Below, piece after piece: positions 38,642-46,787 of a stretch of DNA of 61,824 nucleotides. How positions within the stretch are numbered: position 1 is the first letter of the stretch; every line of letters begins with the position of its first letter. The notes beneath the pieces were generated by a model, which did no database searches, was not told the origin of the DNA, and worked only from the letters and a program-made list of their open reading frames with translations. The stretch spans positions 1 through 61,824 of the forward strand of contig JAQAZP010000049.1 of NCBI GenBank assembly GCA_032127265.1, read 5' to 3'. The DNA is from Acidobacteriota bacterium (GTDB taxonomy: Bacteria; Acidobacteriota; JAQAZP01). The translations under genes were made by a program, and so were the position numbers.

Positions 38642-41410
38642 TCACTCCCACGATTTCAGCCGAGAGGCCGGGTCCCCCAAAAGGGTGAACATGGAGACCA
38701 TCCCGTTGGTGGCGCCCAGGGCATGGGCCGCCAGCTTGGCCTCGGTGCTGATGACACCCAGGCGGTCCTCCCCCTGAACAAAGATCTGCGAGAAGATTTG
38801 CGGAGACAGCATGTCCTGCTCCCAGGTGTAGCTCAGCCCGCTGGGCGAGAAGCACCCCAGAGCACCGCCAAATTCCGCCGATGCCAGTTCCTCGGCCAGG
38901 CAGTAGTAGAACGGCTGTGAGAAGTAGCCGTTGAGGCAGGTCATGGTGAGCACGAAGGTCAGGGCATCGTCGTTGGTCAGCGAGGCCACGTCGGCGGTCT
39001 GGAAGAGGCCCTCGCCGGCCCAGGAGGTCACTGACCCGTGCCCGTTGTAATGGACAATCATCTCACCGCGGTTGATCGCCCGAACGATGTCCGCGGTGGC
39101 CTCCGCGGTCACCGGGTAAGCGGAAAGGTAGACCCGGTCCGGCTGGATGCCCGGGGGCAGCATGGCGGCCACCGTCTCGTTCAGGTTTTCGAAGACCTGT
39201 TCATTGTCGGCGACAAAAAGTGACCGGCCCGGCGCCGCAGCCGGAGACTGCTCGTGGGCCAGCAGCCGGGTCACCACCCGGTCCGCCATCACCGCGTCAC
39301 TGGCCGGCAGGCGGCCGATATACATCTCGGGCAGCACATCGTCGCCTTCCACGGTGACATACCAGTTGTCGTCCGGTGTAAGGCCAATTTCGCTCAGCGT
39401 CAGGTGTACGGGCACCAGGCTCTGTTTGCCGGTGCCGAAGTAGTCGAGGTAATCGGTGTTGGCATCGCCGAGCAGCAGGATGAAGGCGGGCGCCGGCGGC
39501 GCCCAGTCATGATAGGCACAACGAAGAAACGCCTTCAGCGCCACCGGGTCCGGCAGGCCATGGTTGAACTCATTGTAGATGTCCTCCACCGCCACCGCCA
39601 TGGACCGAAGCCCCTGGTCCCGTCGATACTGGACAAGGGGTTCGGCTGCCGGGAGAAACTCCCGAGGCGTGATCAGGATGTAGTCGGCGCCCTGCCCGCC
39701 CCCCCTCAACCCCGGCGAGGCCCAGCCCTCCACCGCGGACGGATCCCTGAACCGGTCGGGGGTCAGCGCGAAGTATGTGGCGGCACCCGCCACCTTGTCA
39801 CCAAAGGTCGCGGTGTATTGCCCTCCCACCTCGGTGACCCTGACATGGAGCACCCGTTTGACGTCAAAGGGATCGCTGACATCAAGGACGGCCACCAGCG
39901 GTTCGGTGAAGCCATGTACCGCCATGTGCAGCGGCCCTTTTCCCTGGACGGTGAAGCAGAGCTGGTCATCCAGCGCACGAAGCTGTCGGCGGTATTCCAG
40001 TTCGATCCAGTTGAGGTAGATGCTGTCCACCGCCGCGCCGGTGTCGCCAGGGCAATCCACGGTAACCGTGTTCCCCCCAATGGTCAACAGCCCGGTCGGG
40101 ACCTGGAGCTCCTGGGAAACGACCTTGTCGCCGTCCCAGTACTGGTCGCCCACGTCCACACCGTTCAAAAATATCCGGGTGTGGTGATTGGGGTGCGGTG
40201 ACGCGGTTGAGCGGCCCTGGTAGCAGACCCGGAGGGTGCTGTCCCACGCGCCGGGATCAGGATTGTGGATGTCCACCTGGCAATTCTTCACCACCGGTGC
40301 GGTGAGCAGGTCCCAGAACCAGAAGTCCGCTTCCGGAGTCCCCGGTGTGGCCTCCCACAACCGGTGGTTCTCCTCGTAGCGCACGGTTTCCGTTGTTGAG
40401 GTGACCAGAGCGCCCCCACCGGAGGAGCGGCCGTCCCGGGTCCCCATCCTGGCCCCGGCCTCCCCGCCCCAGTACAGCCAGTAGACATTGGCCCCGGTAA
40501 ACCGGCTCTCCACGCCCTGGCCGTAGAAGAAGAGATCCCCCCCGGGCCACGGCGCTTCATGATGGTCATCAGCGACAAAGATCGGCACTTCGCGCCCCTT
40601 GTTGAACAGCTTCAGCGTGGCCGGGTCCAGGGCCTCGATCAGGCCGTGGGCCAGACCGGCGCCCAGCAGGGCCTGACCGTAGTCCATGGCGTAGAGGCCG
40701 TCCTCCTCCACCTCGATGCGCAACGCCCCCTGGAGACAGGAGCCCGGGGTGGGGAGCAGCAGGCCGTGATACGCATCCCGGGAATCGGGATCGGGGGAGG
40801 ATGCCGGGTCTGTTGGCAGAACGAAGCTGGATGGTTGATGATACGAGAGCCGGACCACCAGCCGTGAAGCACAGCGCAGCTGCCCGGACGACGGGTCCCA
40901 CTGGAACGGATGAAAGAGCACCCGGGCCAGGTGGCGGCCGCGCTGAACAGCCGCCGGTTGCACCTCAACCAGTGCCGCGGGATAGATCTGGTCAAGCTGT
41001 CCTGCCTGCTGTTCCTCGAACTCCGGGACGGCGGCCCGATCGGCGTCCTCCACCGTCAGACGCGGAACCGGATAGACGTGCTGGACAGCGTGATGCCGGA
41101 ATTCAGCGTCGAGGATCCGGACGTCCATACCGCCGCCCGGCGGGAGCCCGATGGCGCATCCCAGCACCGGAAGTTCGGGCAGCCCGGCAATGGCCGTCCG
41201 GGCCCAACCGTCCAGCAGCACCCGCTGGCATGGGCCCTGGAGCCCCTGGATTTCTTCGAGCCGGTATGACGGCAGCAGCAGTTCCAGGGTGACGCCCCAC
41301 TGATCCTGCTCCAGAACGGTGAGACCGGGAGGGACGAGGATCGCCGGGTTTACGGTCTGAGCCGAAACCGGAACCGTGATCAGCAGCAGCAACAGCCAGG
41401 TGATTTTCAA
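38642..41410 (-). CDS. Secreted C25 (gingipain/PorU-like) cysteine peptidase with propeptide
   Basis: Signal peptide (VSA-Q), propeptide-like GLPELP, DYILIT, IYNEF, LLLGDA, DNWY, IGRLP, catalytic HYNGHG and TMTC, terminal LLGDP. Confidence 0.88.
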   Translation of the reverse strand: MKITWLLLLLITVPVSAQTVNPAILVPPGLTVLEQDQWGVTLELLLPSYRLEEIQGLQGPCQRVLLDGWARTAIAGLPELPVLGCAIGLPPGGGMDVRILDAEFRHHAVQHVYPVPRLTVEDADRAAVPEFEEQQAGQLDQIYPAALVEVQPAAVQRGRHLARVLFHPFQWDPSSGQLRCASRLVVRLSYHQPSSFVLPTDPASSPDPDSRDAYHGLLLPTPGSCLQGALRIEVEEDGLYAMDYGQALLGAGLAHGLIEALDPATLKLFNKGREVPIFVADDHHEAPWPGGDLFFYGQGVESRFTGANVYWLYWGGEAGARMGTRDGRSSGGGALVTSTTETVRYEENHRLWEATPGTPEADFWFWDLLTAPVVKNCQVDIHNPDPGAWDSTLRVCYQGRSTASPHPNHHTRIFLNGVDVGDQYWDGDKVVSQELQVPTGLLTIGGNTVTVDCPGDTGAAVDSIYLNWIELEYRRQLRALDDQLCFTVQGKGPLHMAVHGFTEPLVAVLDVSDPFDVKRVLHVRVTEVGGQYTATFGDKVAGAATYFALTPDRFRDPSAVEGWASPGLRGGGQGADYILITPREFLPAAEPLVQYRRDQGLRSMAVAVEDIYNEFNHGLPDPVALKAFLRCAYHDWAPPAPAFILLLGDANTDYLDYFGTGKQSLVPVHLTLSEIGLTPDDNWYVTVEGDDVLPEMYIGRLPASDAVMADRVVTRLLAHEQSPAAAPGRSLFVADNEQVFENLNETVAAMLPPGIQPDRVYLSAYPVTAEATADIVRAINRGEMIVHYNGHGSVTSWAGEGLFQTADVASLTNDDALTFVLTMTCLNGYFSQPFYYCLAEELASAEFGGALGCFSPSGLSYTWEQDMLSPQIFSQIFVQGEDRLGVISTEAKLAAHALGATNGMVSMFTLLGDPASRLKSWE

Positions 41411-42552
41411 TTCCCTGTCTCCGCTTCCCCGGTGGCCTCAAGGGCCAGTTTCCTGACCATCGGCACCTCCTCATCAAGACGGCCAACCGTGAGCCTGAAG
41501 CAGGCCGCCTTTGAAAAATGTTCGATCAATTCCTTCAGCAGGCCGGCCGATCCGGCATCCACGCCCTGGCCCGGCGAATCGACCCGCTGTTTCAGCCCGG
41601 GCAGCAGGCCGAATGCCGCCCGGTGGGCCGGCACCGGCTCCAGCACCGGCGCACGCTGGAAATCGGGCCGGGCGGTCTCGGTCACAAAGTTATTGAGCAA
41701 GCAGTCCCGGTGCGTCTCCAGCAGGCCGGCGAGGGCCGCGGCCAGTCCATTCCCTCGTGGATAATCAAGGTGGAACTCGGCCACCCCCGCCTTGGGCCGG
41801 GTCACCACGATTCCGGGGTGCAGCCGGGTCACGTCATCGAGCAGCGGTTCCCAGCCCCGCTCCCGGGTCCCCACAACCAGCCGGCCCACGACTCCGGCCG
41901 TCGGCCCCGGATCGAGAATGACCAGCAAACCGGGCTCCGACGTCTCCTCCCACTTTTTCGTATCGGCAAGTGACGAGGGGTTCATTGGTCTTTTCCCGCC
42001 CTTCATCACGCCCTGGCCGCCCCCGGCCCCCGCCCCTCCCTCCTCGTCAATCACCCAGAGGCTGCGGGGAAAGGGATGAACCCGGCCGCTCCGGCGGTGG
42101 ATGGGGCAGATCTCGTCGGAGAAGAGCGTGAATCCGCTCCCGGCAAGGGCCAGGGCCAGGGTGGTTTTCCCGGTCCCCGGCGGTCCGGCCAGAATCACCG
42201 CCCGCCGGTTGCGCACCACAACCGCCGCGTGCAGCAGCAGGTAGCCCTGGAGGCTGTCGAACAGCGTCTGGGTCACCCACTGCCAGGCATGATGGACCGG
42301 AGTGGGATGCCCGTCGAGGGACTGTTCCCCCACCTGGTCACCGGCGCCGACGGTCCGGCGGAAGTTGAGGCTCGGCCCCCCCGGCCCGTTGAAGCGGGCC
42401 TTGATGCTGAGGTCAGCCTCACCACCAGCGTCCGCTGTGCGGAACAAGGCGTAGTCACGGTCGAACAGCTCCAGCAGCTGCTCCGAATCACTGGCCAGGC
42501 AGAGCGCCGTGTCGAGAATGCGGTAATGGGCCTGGTGCAGCGCCGGGCTCAT
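41407..42552 (-). CDS. HPr kinase-related P-loop protein
   Basis: LLHAAVV..AVILAGPPGTGKTT..LFSDE..PFPR signature of HprK-related kinases. Confidence 0.8.
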   Translation of the reverse strand: MSPALHQAHYRILDTALCLASDSEQLLELFDRDYALFRTADAGGEADLSIKARFNGPGGPSLNFRRTVGAGDQVGEQSLDGHPTPVHHAWQWVTQTLFDSLQGYLLLHAAVVVRNRRAVILAGPPGTGKTTLALALAGSGFTLFSDEICPIHRRSGRVHPFPRSLWVIDEEGGAGAGGGQGVMKGGKRPMNPSSLADTKKWEETSEPGLLVILDPGPTAGVVGRLVVGTRERGWEPLLDDVTRLHPGIVVTRPKAGVAEFHLDYPRGNGLAAALAGLLETHRDCLLNNFVTETARPDFQRAPVLEPVPAHRAAFGLLPGLKQRVDSPGQGVDAGSAGLLKELIEHFSKAACFRLTVGRLDEEVPMVRKLALEATGEAETGN

Positions 42553-43946
42553 GGCGCCCCCCTTCCCGTAGAATGGCTGCAGATTGTTTCACGTCTCAGG
42601 ATGCCGTCGAACGCCTCCTGGTAGGCTTCGCGGCGATAGGAGCAGAAATCGTCCCGGCCCCAGATGGTTCCGCGATGATCCAGGGCCTGGCCCATGCAGC
42701 CGGCCTGGCAGAGGTTTCGCCAGTGGCAGGCGGCGCACTCGGGGATCTGTTGGCGCCGATCGCTCAGCGCCGCGCAGGCCCGGGCCAGGCCGCGGTGATC
42801 CAGACAAGCCTGCAGTCCGTCGTGAAACAGGTTGCCCAACCGGAACTCCTCGTGCATCAGCAGGACACAGGGGTATGCCGAACCGTCCACATCGGCCACC
42901 ATGGTCCGGCCCACGGAACACCAGATCCCATCGGGGGCGATGTCCGGGGGGACTTCCATCAAGAAGCCGCTGAGGCCGCAACTCACGCTCACCGAGCAGC
43001 TTCCGCCGCGCTGCTCGCCGGTCACCAGCCGGTAGAACTCCTCGTGGTCCCGGACCGACACACCGGCGCCGATGCGGTCCCAGTTTCCGGCGGCCCGCCC
43101 CCGGCGGGCCAGGGGCAGAAAGCGCACCAGGGGCACCCCCCGCTGCTCGGCCAGCCTGATGATCCCCGACAACTGATGCAGGTTCTGCTCCATGATGGTC
43201 GCCGAAAAGTTTACCCGCTCCCCCATACCGGCCTGCTGGAGCAGTTCAACGGCCCCCATGGCCGCGGCAAAGCTTCCCGCCTTCCGTATCCCGTCGTGGG
43301 TCGCTTCGTCGGCCCCGTCCACACTGACCTGGACCAGCGCGCCGGTCCCGGAGAGGAACCCGGCCCACCGCTCATCGACCAGCGAGCCGTTGGTCAGCAG
43401 GCGGACACGCACCTTCAGGGCCGCGTGGCTGATCAGATCCCGGGCCCGGGGATGGAGCAGGGGCTCTCCCCCGCTGATGGTCACACCCCGGGCACCGGCC
43501 GCCGCCGCCTCGTCGATCAGCCGGCAGGCCGCCTCCAGGGGCATGTCCGACGCTTCACGCTCTTCGGCCTGGTAGCAGTGGACACAGCGGTAGTTGCAGC
43601 GGTCGGTGATGTGCAGAAAGAGCGACTCCGCCACCGGCGTCCTCCGCGCCGGCCCCTCGGCCCGGGGCGCCAGATACCCACGGCTCTCCAACTCGTCGGC
43701 CACCCGGTCCACATCGCCCCTTGCTTCGATCCGGCCGAGGCCATACCGCTCGGCCAGAGCGTCGGCCGCTTCCCCGCGTCCCGATCCATCGAGCAGCAGA
43801 GTGGCGATTTCGCGGGTGGTGCTGTTGACCACAAGCCAGCGGGGATCATGGCCATGGAGCATGACCACTGGCCCGGAGCCGTCAGGCGGAGGTGTGTCGG
43901 GATAGAAGAACCAGGAGGGACACGATGCTGGGGATTGTCTGCCCAA
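42549..43946 (-). CDS. Radical SAM/SPASM enzyme with an N-terminal PqqD-like RRE
   Basis: RRE-like VNSTTREIA.LL..LAERY..DV..L.SRGYL, CNYRCVHC, SGGEP, and SPASM WC..GSAYPC plus CAAC..CQAGC..C. Confidence 0.92.
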   Translation of the reverse strand: MGRQSPASCPSWFFYPDTPPPDGSGPVVMLHGHDPRWLVVNSTTREIATLLLDGSGRGEAADALAERYGLGRIEARGDVDRVADELESRGYLAPRAEGPARRTPVAESLFLHITDRCNYRCVHCYQAEEREASDMPLEAACRLIDEAAAAGARGVTISGGEPLLHPRARDLISHAALKVRVRLLTNGSLVDERWAGFLSGTGALVQVSVDGADEATHDGIRKAGSFAAAMGAVELLQQAGMGERVNFSATIMEQNLHQLSGIIRLAEQRGVPLVRFLPLARRGRAAGNWDRIGAGVSVRDHEEFYRLVTGEQRGGSCSVSVSCGLSGFLMEVPPDIAPDGIWCSVGRTMVADVDGSAYPCVLLMHEEFRLGNLFHDGLQACLDHRGLARACAALSDRRQQIPECAACHWRNLCQAGCMGQALDHRGTIWGRDDFCSYRREAYQEAFDGILRRETICSHSTGRGAP

Positions 43947-43998
43947 GAGAGATACTACCGTGCTCGGGATTTCGATGGACCGCCCCGGACACCGCGTA

Positions 43999-44172
43999 TC
44001 AAACGATACCGCAGGGAGCGGGACTGCAAGCCTGCGCGGGCCCGACCTGTTCCAGGATTTCCTCGCTGCTGTAGGTTGTGATCAAGGGTGGTTCGTACTG
44101 AACCCGGATTGCGGCGCTGCCCTTGTGGCCCTTGTCCTCCGTTTTCCGGAGTTCCGTTCTCTCCTCGATCAT
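43999..44172 (-). CDS. Putative RiPP precursor peptide (57 aa)
   Basis: GGAG-containing RBS before ATG 44172. Sequence MIEERTELRKTEDKGHKGSAAIRVQYEPPLITTYSSEEILEQVGPAQACSPAPCGIV. First gene after the promoter, ending 52 nt upstream of the rSAM gene. Confidence 0.8.
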   Translation of the reverse strand: MIEERTELRKTEDKGHKGSAAIRVQYEPPLITTYSSEEILEQVGPAQACSPAPCGIV

Positions 44173-44315
44173 CCCTTTCTCCCCTGACGGTCCCCAAGCC
44201 TTGAAGGACCGGGTTGCGGTTGTCCGGGGCAACGCCCCGTCACCATGCCGGAAATCGGCATAGGGCGACCGTATTTCATACACTATCTTATCGGCAGAAT
44301 CATGTGCTGACTGAA

Positions 44316-44344
44316 AATGTACCAACAACCGGCAGGACTGTCAA
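44316..44344 (-). promoter_or_regulatory. Sigma70 promoter of the peptide-modification operon
   Basis: Minus strand TTGACA-17 nt-TACATT with a TGn extension, just downstream of the mdh terminator. Confidence 0.7.
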
Positions 44345-44359
44345 CAACATCGCCCCAAT

Positions 44360-44388
44360 AAAAAGCCCCCGCCGTGAGGCGGGGGCTT
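44360..44388 (-). terminator. Rho-independent terminator of mdh
   Basis: AAGCCCCCGCC-GTGA-GGCGGGGGCTT stem with A5 on plus (U-tract on minus). Confidence 0.88.
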
Positions 44389-44419
44389 GAACAATCAACC
44401 GGTTGCAGCGAGCAGGCTG

Positions 44420-45376
44420 CTACTTGCCCATGGCATCCACTTCGCCGCAGGTCTTTTTCACCGCGTCCACCGAGTGGGCCAGTGCGGCCTTCTCATCGGC
44501 GGTCAGCTTGATCTCGATGATCTTTTCCACGCCGTTCTTGCCGAGAATGGCGGGGACGCCGACGAAGAGCCCATCGACGCCATACTCGCCCTCGAGCAGC
44601 GCGCAGACCGGGACGATCTTCTTCTTGTCGAACATGATCGCCTCGACCATCTCCAGCGCCGACCAGGCCGGGCTGACAAAGGCGGAACCGGAACCGAGCA
44701 GACCCACCACCTCGCCGCCGGCCTTGCGGGTCCGGGTTTCGATCGCTTCCAGCGCCTCGGGCGCGACGAACTCTTCAACCGGAAGGCCGTAGACCCGGCA
44801 GGCGCTGCGGATCGGCACCATGGTGTCGCCGTGGCCGCCCAGCACCACCGCCTCGACGTTTTCCACCGAGACGCCGGCGGCCTCGGCTACGAAATACTTG
44901 TAACGGCCCGAGTCGAGCACACCGGCCATACCGATGATCTTGTTCTTCGGGGTGCCCAGCTGCTTGTACAGACGGTAGACGATGGCGTCCAGGGGGTTGG
45001 CCACGGAGATGATGATGGCCTTGGGGCAGTACTTTTTGATCCCCTCGGCCACCTTGTCGGTGATGCCGAGGTTGATCGCCAGCAGCTCTTCGCGGCTGGG
45101 GAAGGTGCCGTCGGGCCGCACGGTGCGCGGCACGCCCGCGGTGTTGATCACGAAGTCGGACCCTTCGAGAACCTCGAAGGTCTGGCTGGCCTGGAAGTTG
45201 ACGTCACGACTGATGGTCGGCATCCCCTCGGCGATGTCGAGGCACTTGCCCTTTGCCAGGTTCGGGGGCTTGGGATCCACCAGGCCAACGTTGCGCGCGA
45301 GGCCGCGCGAGACGATTTCCGATACCAGGACGCCGCCGATCTGGCCGCCGCCCACGAGTCCGATCTTGTTGACCAT
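44420..45376 (-). CDS. mdh: LDH-like malate dehydrogenase (mobile-loop insertion; substrate unverified)
   Basis: GGGQIG, TAGVPR, ANPLDA, GMAGVLDSGR, GGHGDTMVP and GGEVV..GSA. AAGGAG RBS. Confidence 0.82.
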   Translation of the reverse strand: MVNKIGLVGGGQIGGVLVSEIVSRGLARNVGLVDPKPPNLAKGKCLDIAEGMPTISRDVNFQASQTFEVLEGSDFVINTAGVPRTVRPDGTFPSREELLAINLGITDKVAEGIKKYCPKAIIISVANPLDAIVYRLYKQLGTPKNKIIGMAGVLDSGRYKYFVAEAAGVSVENVEAVVLGGHGDTMVPIRSACRVYGLPVEEFVAPEALEAIETRTRKAGGEVVGLLGSGSAFVSPAWSALEMVEAIMFDKKKIVPVCALLEGEYGVDGLFVGVPAILGKNGVEKIIEIKLTADEKAALAHSVDAVKKTCGEVDAMGK

Positions 45377-45629
45377 CGACATTCTCCTTGCTGTGATAAT
45401 ACCTTCCGCTCGGGACCACAACAGGCGGACAAAGGGTTTTGCCCACCAGTCTCTCCAAAAATATTCGCCGATATTACCACCATGGGACAGGTTAGGCCAG
45501 TGTATTTACCGTTGCTGGTCCGATTAGGCCTTTTTTTTCTCCAGGGGCCCTTTGCCGCCCCGGTTGACCGGTGGTCCGGACCGTGTTTCAATGGGTAAAA
45601 GGCTCTTTTCACAACCGGGGGAGGGACTG

Positions 45630-46328
45630 ATGGATACCATCGACATACACTACCGTTTCAACCTCGGTGGCGGGGCCCTGGAGGTCTTCGACCTCAAGTT
45701 CCGCCCGCAGGACATGGAATTGCTGGAACCCGTACCGAAAACCGTTCCGTCCTGGGCCGGCCTCGAGTTCCACCAGTGCCCGCACTGCCCGCTGACCCGG
45801 TCGGAGCAGCCGCACTGCCCGCTGGCCGTCCGGCTGGTGGACGTGATTCAGCGGTTCGACCACATCATTTCCTTTGACACCATTCGCCTGGACGTCACCA
45901 CCAGGGAACGGTTCATCTCCCAGGACACCACGGCCCAGCGGGGTGTCAGTTCACTGCTCGGCCTGCTCATCGCCACGTCTGGCTGCCCGCATACCCGTTT
46001 TCTCCGCCCCATGGCCCGTCACCACCTGCCCTTTGCCAGCTACGAGGAGACTCTCTACCGGGCGGCCTCCACCTATGCCCTGGCCCAGTATTTCAGGACC
46101 AGGGCGGGCCTCGACCCGGACACCGGGATGGAGGGCCTGCTCGGTCTCTATGAATCGGTCTGCCGGATCAATCTCTCGGTGGTGCAGCGGGTGCGCGAGG
46201 CCACCCAGGCCGACTCGGCGGTCAACGCCCTGGTGATCCTGGACCTCTTTGCCCAGATGCTGCCGGAGAGCATGGAAGAGGAATTGGAAAAGCTGCAGGG
46301 CCTGTTTGCGGCCTACGTTGAAGCCTGA
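45630..46328 (+). CDS. Conserved hypothetical protein (DUF6901-like, Cys motifs)
   Basis: GGAGG RBS; LEFHQCPHCPL..CP, SGCP..L.PMAR.HLPFA..ET.YR and NALVILD pattern. Confidence 0.65.
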   Translation: MDTIDIHYRFNLGGGALEVFDLKFRPQDMELLEPVPKTVPSWAGLEFHQCPHCPLTRSEQPHCPLAVRLVDVIQRFDHIISFDTIRLDVTTRERFISQDTTAQRGVSSLLGLLIATSGCPHTRFLRPMARHHLPFASYEETLYRAASTYALAQYFRTRAGLDPDTGMEGLLGLYESVCRINLSVVQRVREATQADSAVNALVILDLFAQMLPESMEEELEKLQGLFAAYVEA

Positions 46329-46337
46329 CCCGTACGA

Positions 46338-46787
46338 TCAGTCCCCCAGGTCCACCACGATCCGGTCATTGTCGAGCGAGGCGGGCCAGGTGCGCAGAGG
46401 ATGGGTGGCCGGGCCGTTGAGCACGTTCCCGTCCACGTCGAAAAACGATCCATGGCAGGGGCATTCGAACCGTTTCACGGCCCTGCGGTAGGCCACGGTG
46501 CATTTCTCGTGACTGCAGATGGGGCTGACCGCGCTGACACCCTGTTCCGAGTGACGGGCCAGGAGCACTTCCCTGCCCTTCAACCGAATGGTGATCGACC
46601 CGCCCACCCGCTGGAGCTTCTTGACCCGGTCCAGCGGGATGGCCACCTTGCCGGCCAGGGCTGTCCGCCCCGGCCAGAGGAAGAGCATCCCCGTCAGCAT
46701 CGGCAGCAGCCTCTTGAAGAATCCCCGTCGGGAGAATGAAGACCGGCAGTCACTCATCGGTTCAGGTCGCCGCCTCCGCTCATTCAC
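46338..46787 (-). CDS. Tat-exported Rieske [2Fe-2S] protein
   Basis: SRRGFF twin-arginine signal; CSHEKC and CPCHGS Rieske boxes; GPA..PL. Confidence 0.92.
   Translation of the reverse strand: MNERRRRPEPMSDCRSSFSRRGFFKRLLPMLTGMLFLWPGRTALAGKVAIPLDRVKKLQRVGGSITIRLKGREVLLARHSEQGVSAVSPICSHEKCTVAYRRAVKRFECPCHGSFFDVDGNVLNGPATHPLRTWPASLDNDRIVVDLGD

Noticed and set aside
42549-43946. PQQ or mycofactocin biosynthesis (PqqE/MftC)
   Set aside because: No pqqB/C or mft genes, and the peptide lacks the ExxxY or IDGxCGVY motifs. The CGIV ending only superficially resembles MftA.
38071-44172. Lasso peptide cluster, suggested by the YxxP leader, RRE and HPrK-like kinase
   Set aside because: There is no asparagine-synthetase-like cyclase or transglutaminase-like B2 protease, and the core has no Asp/Glu for a macrolactam.
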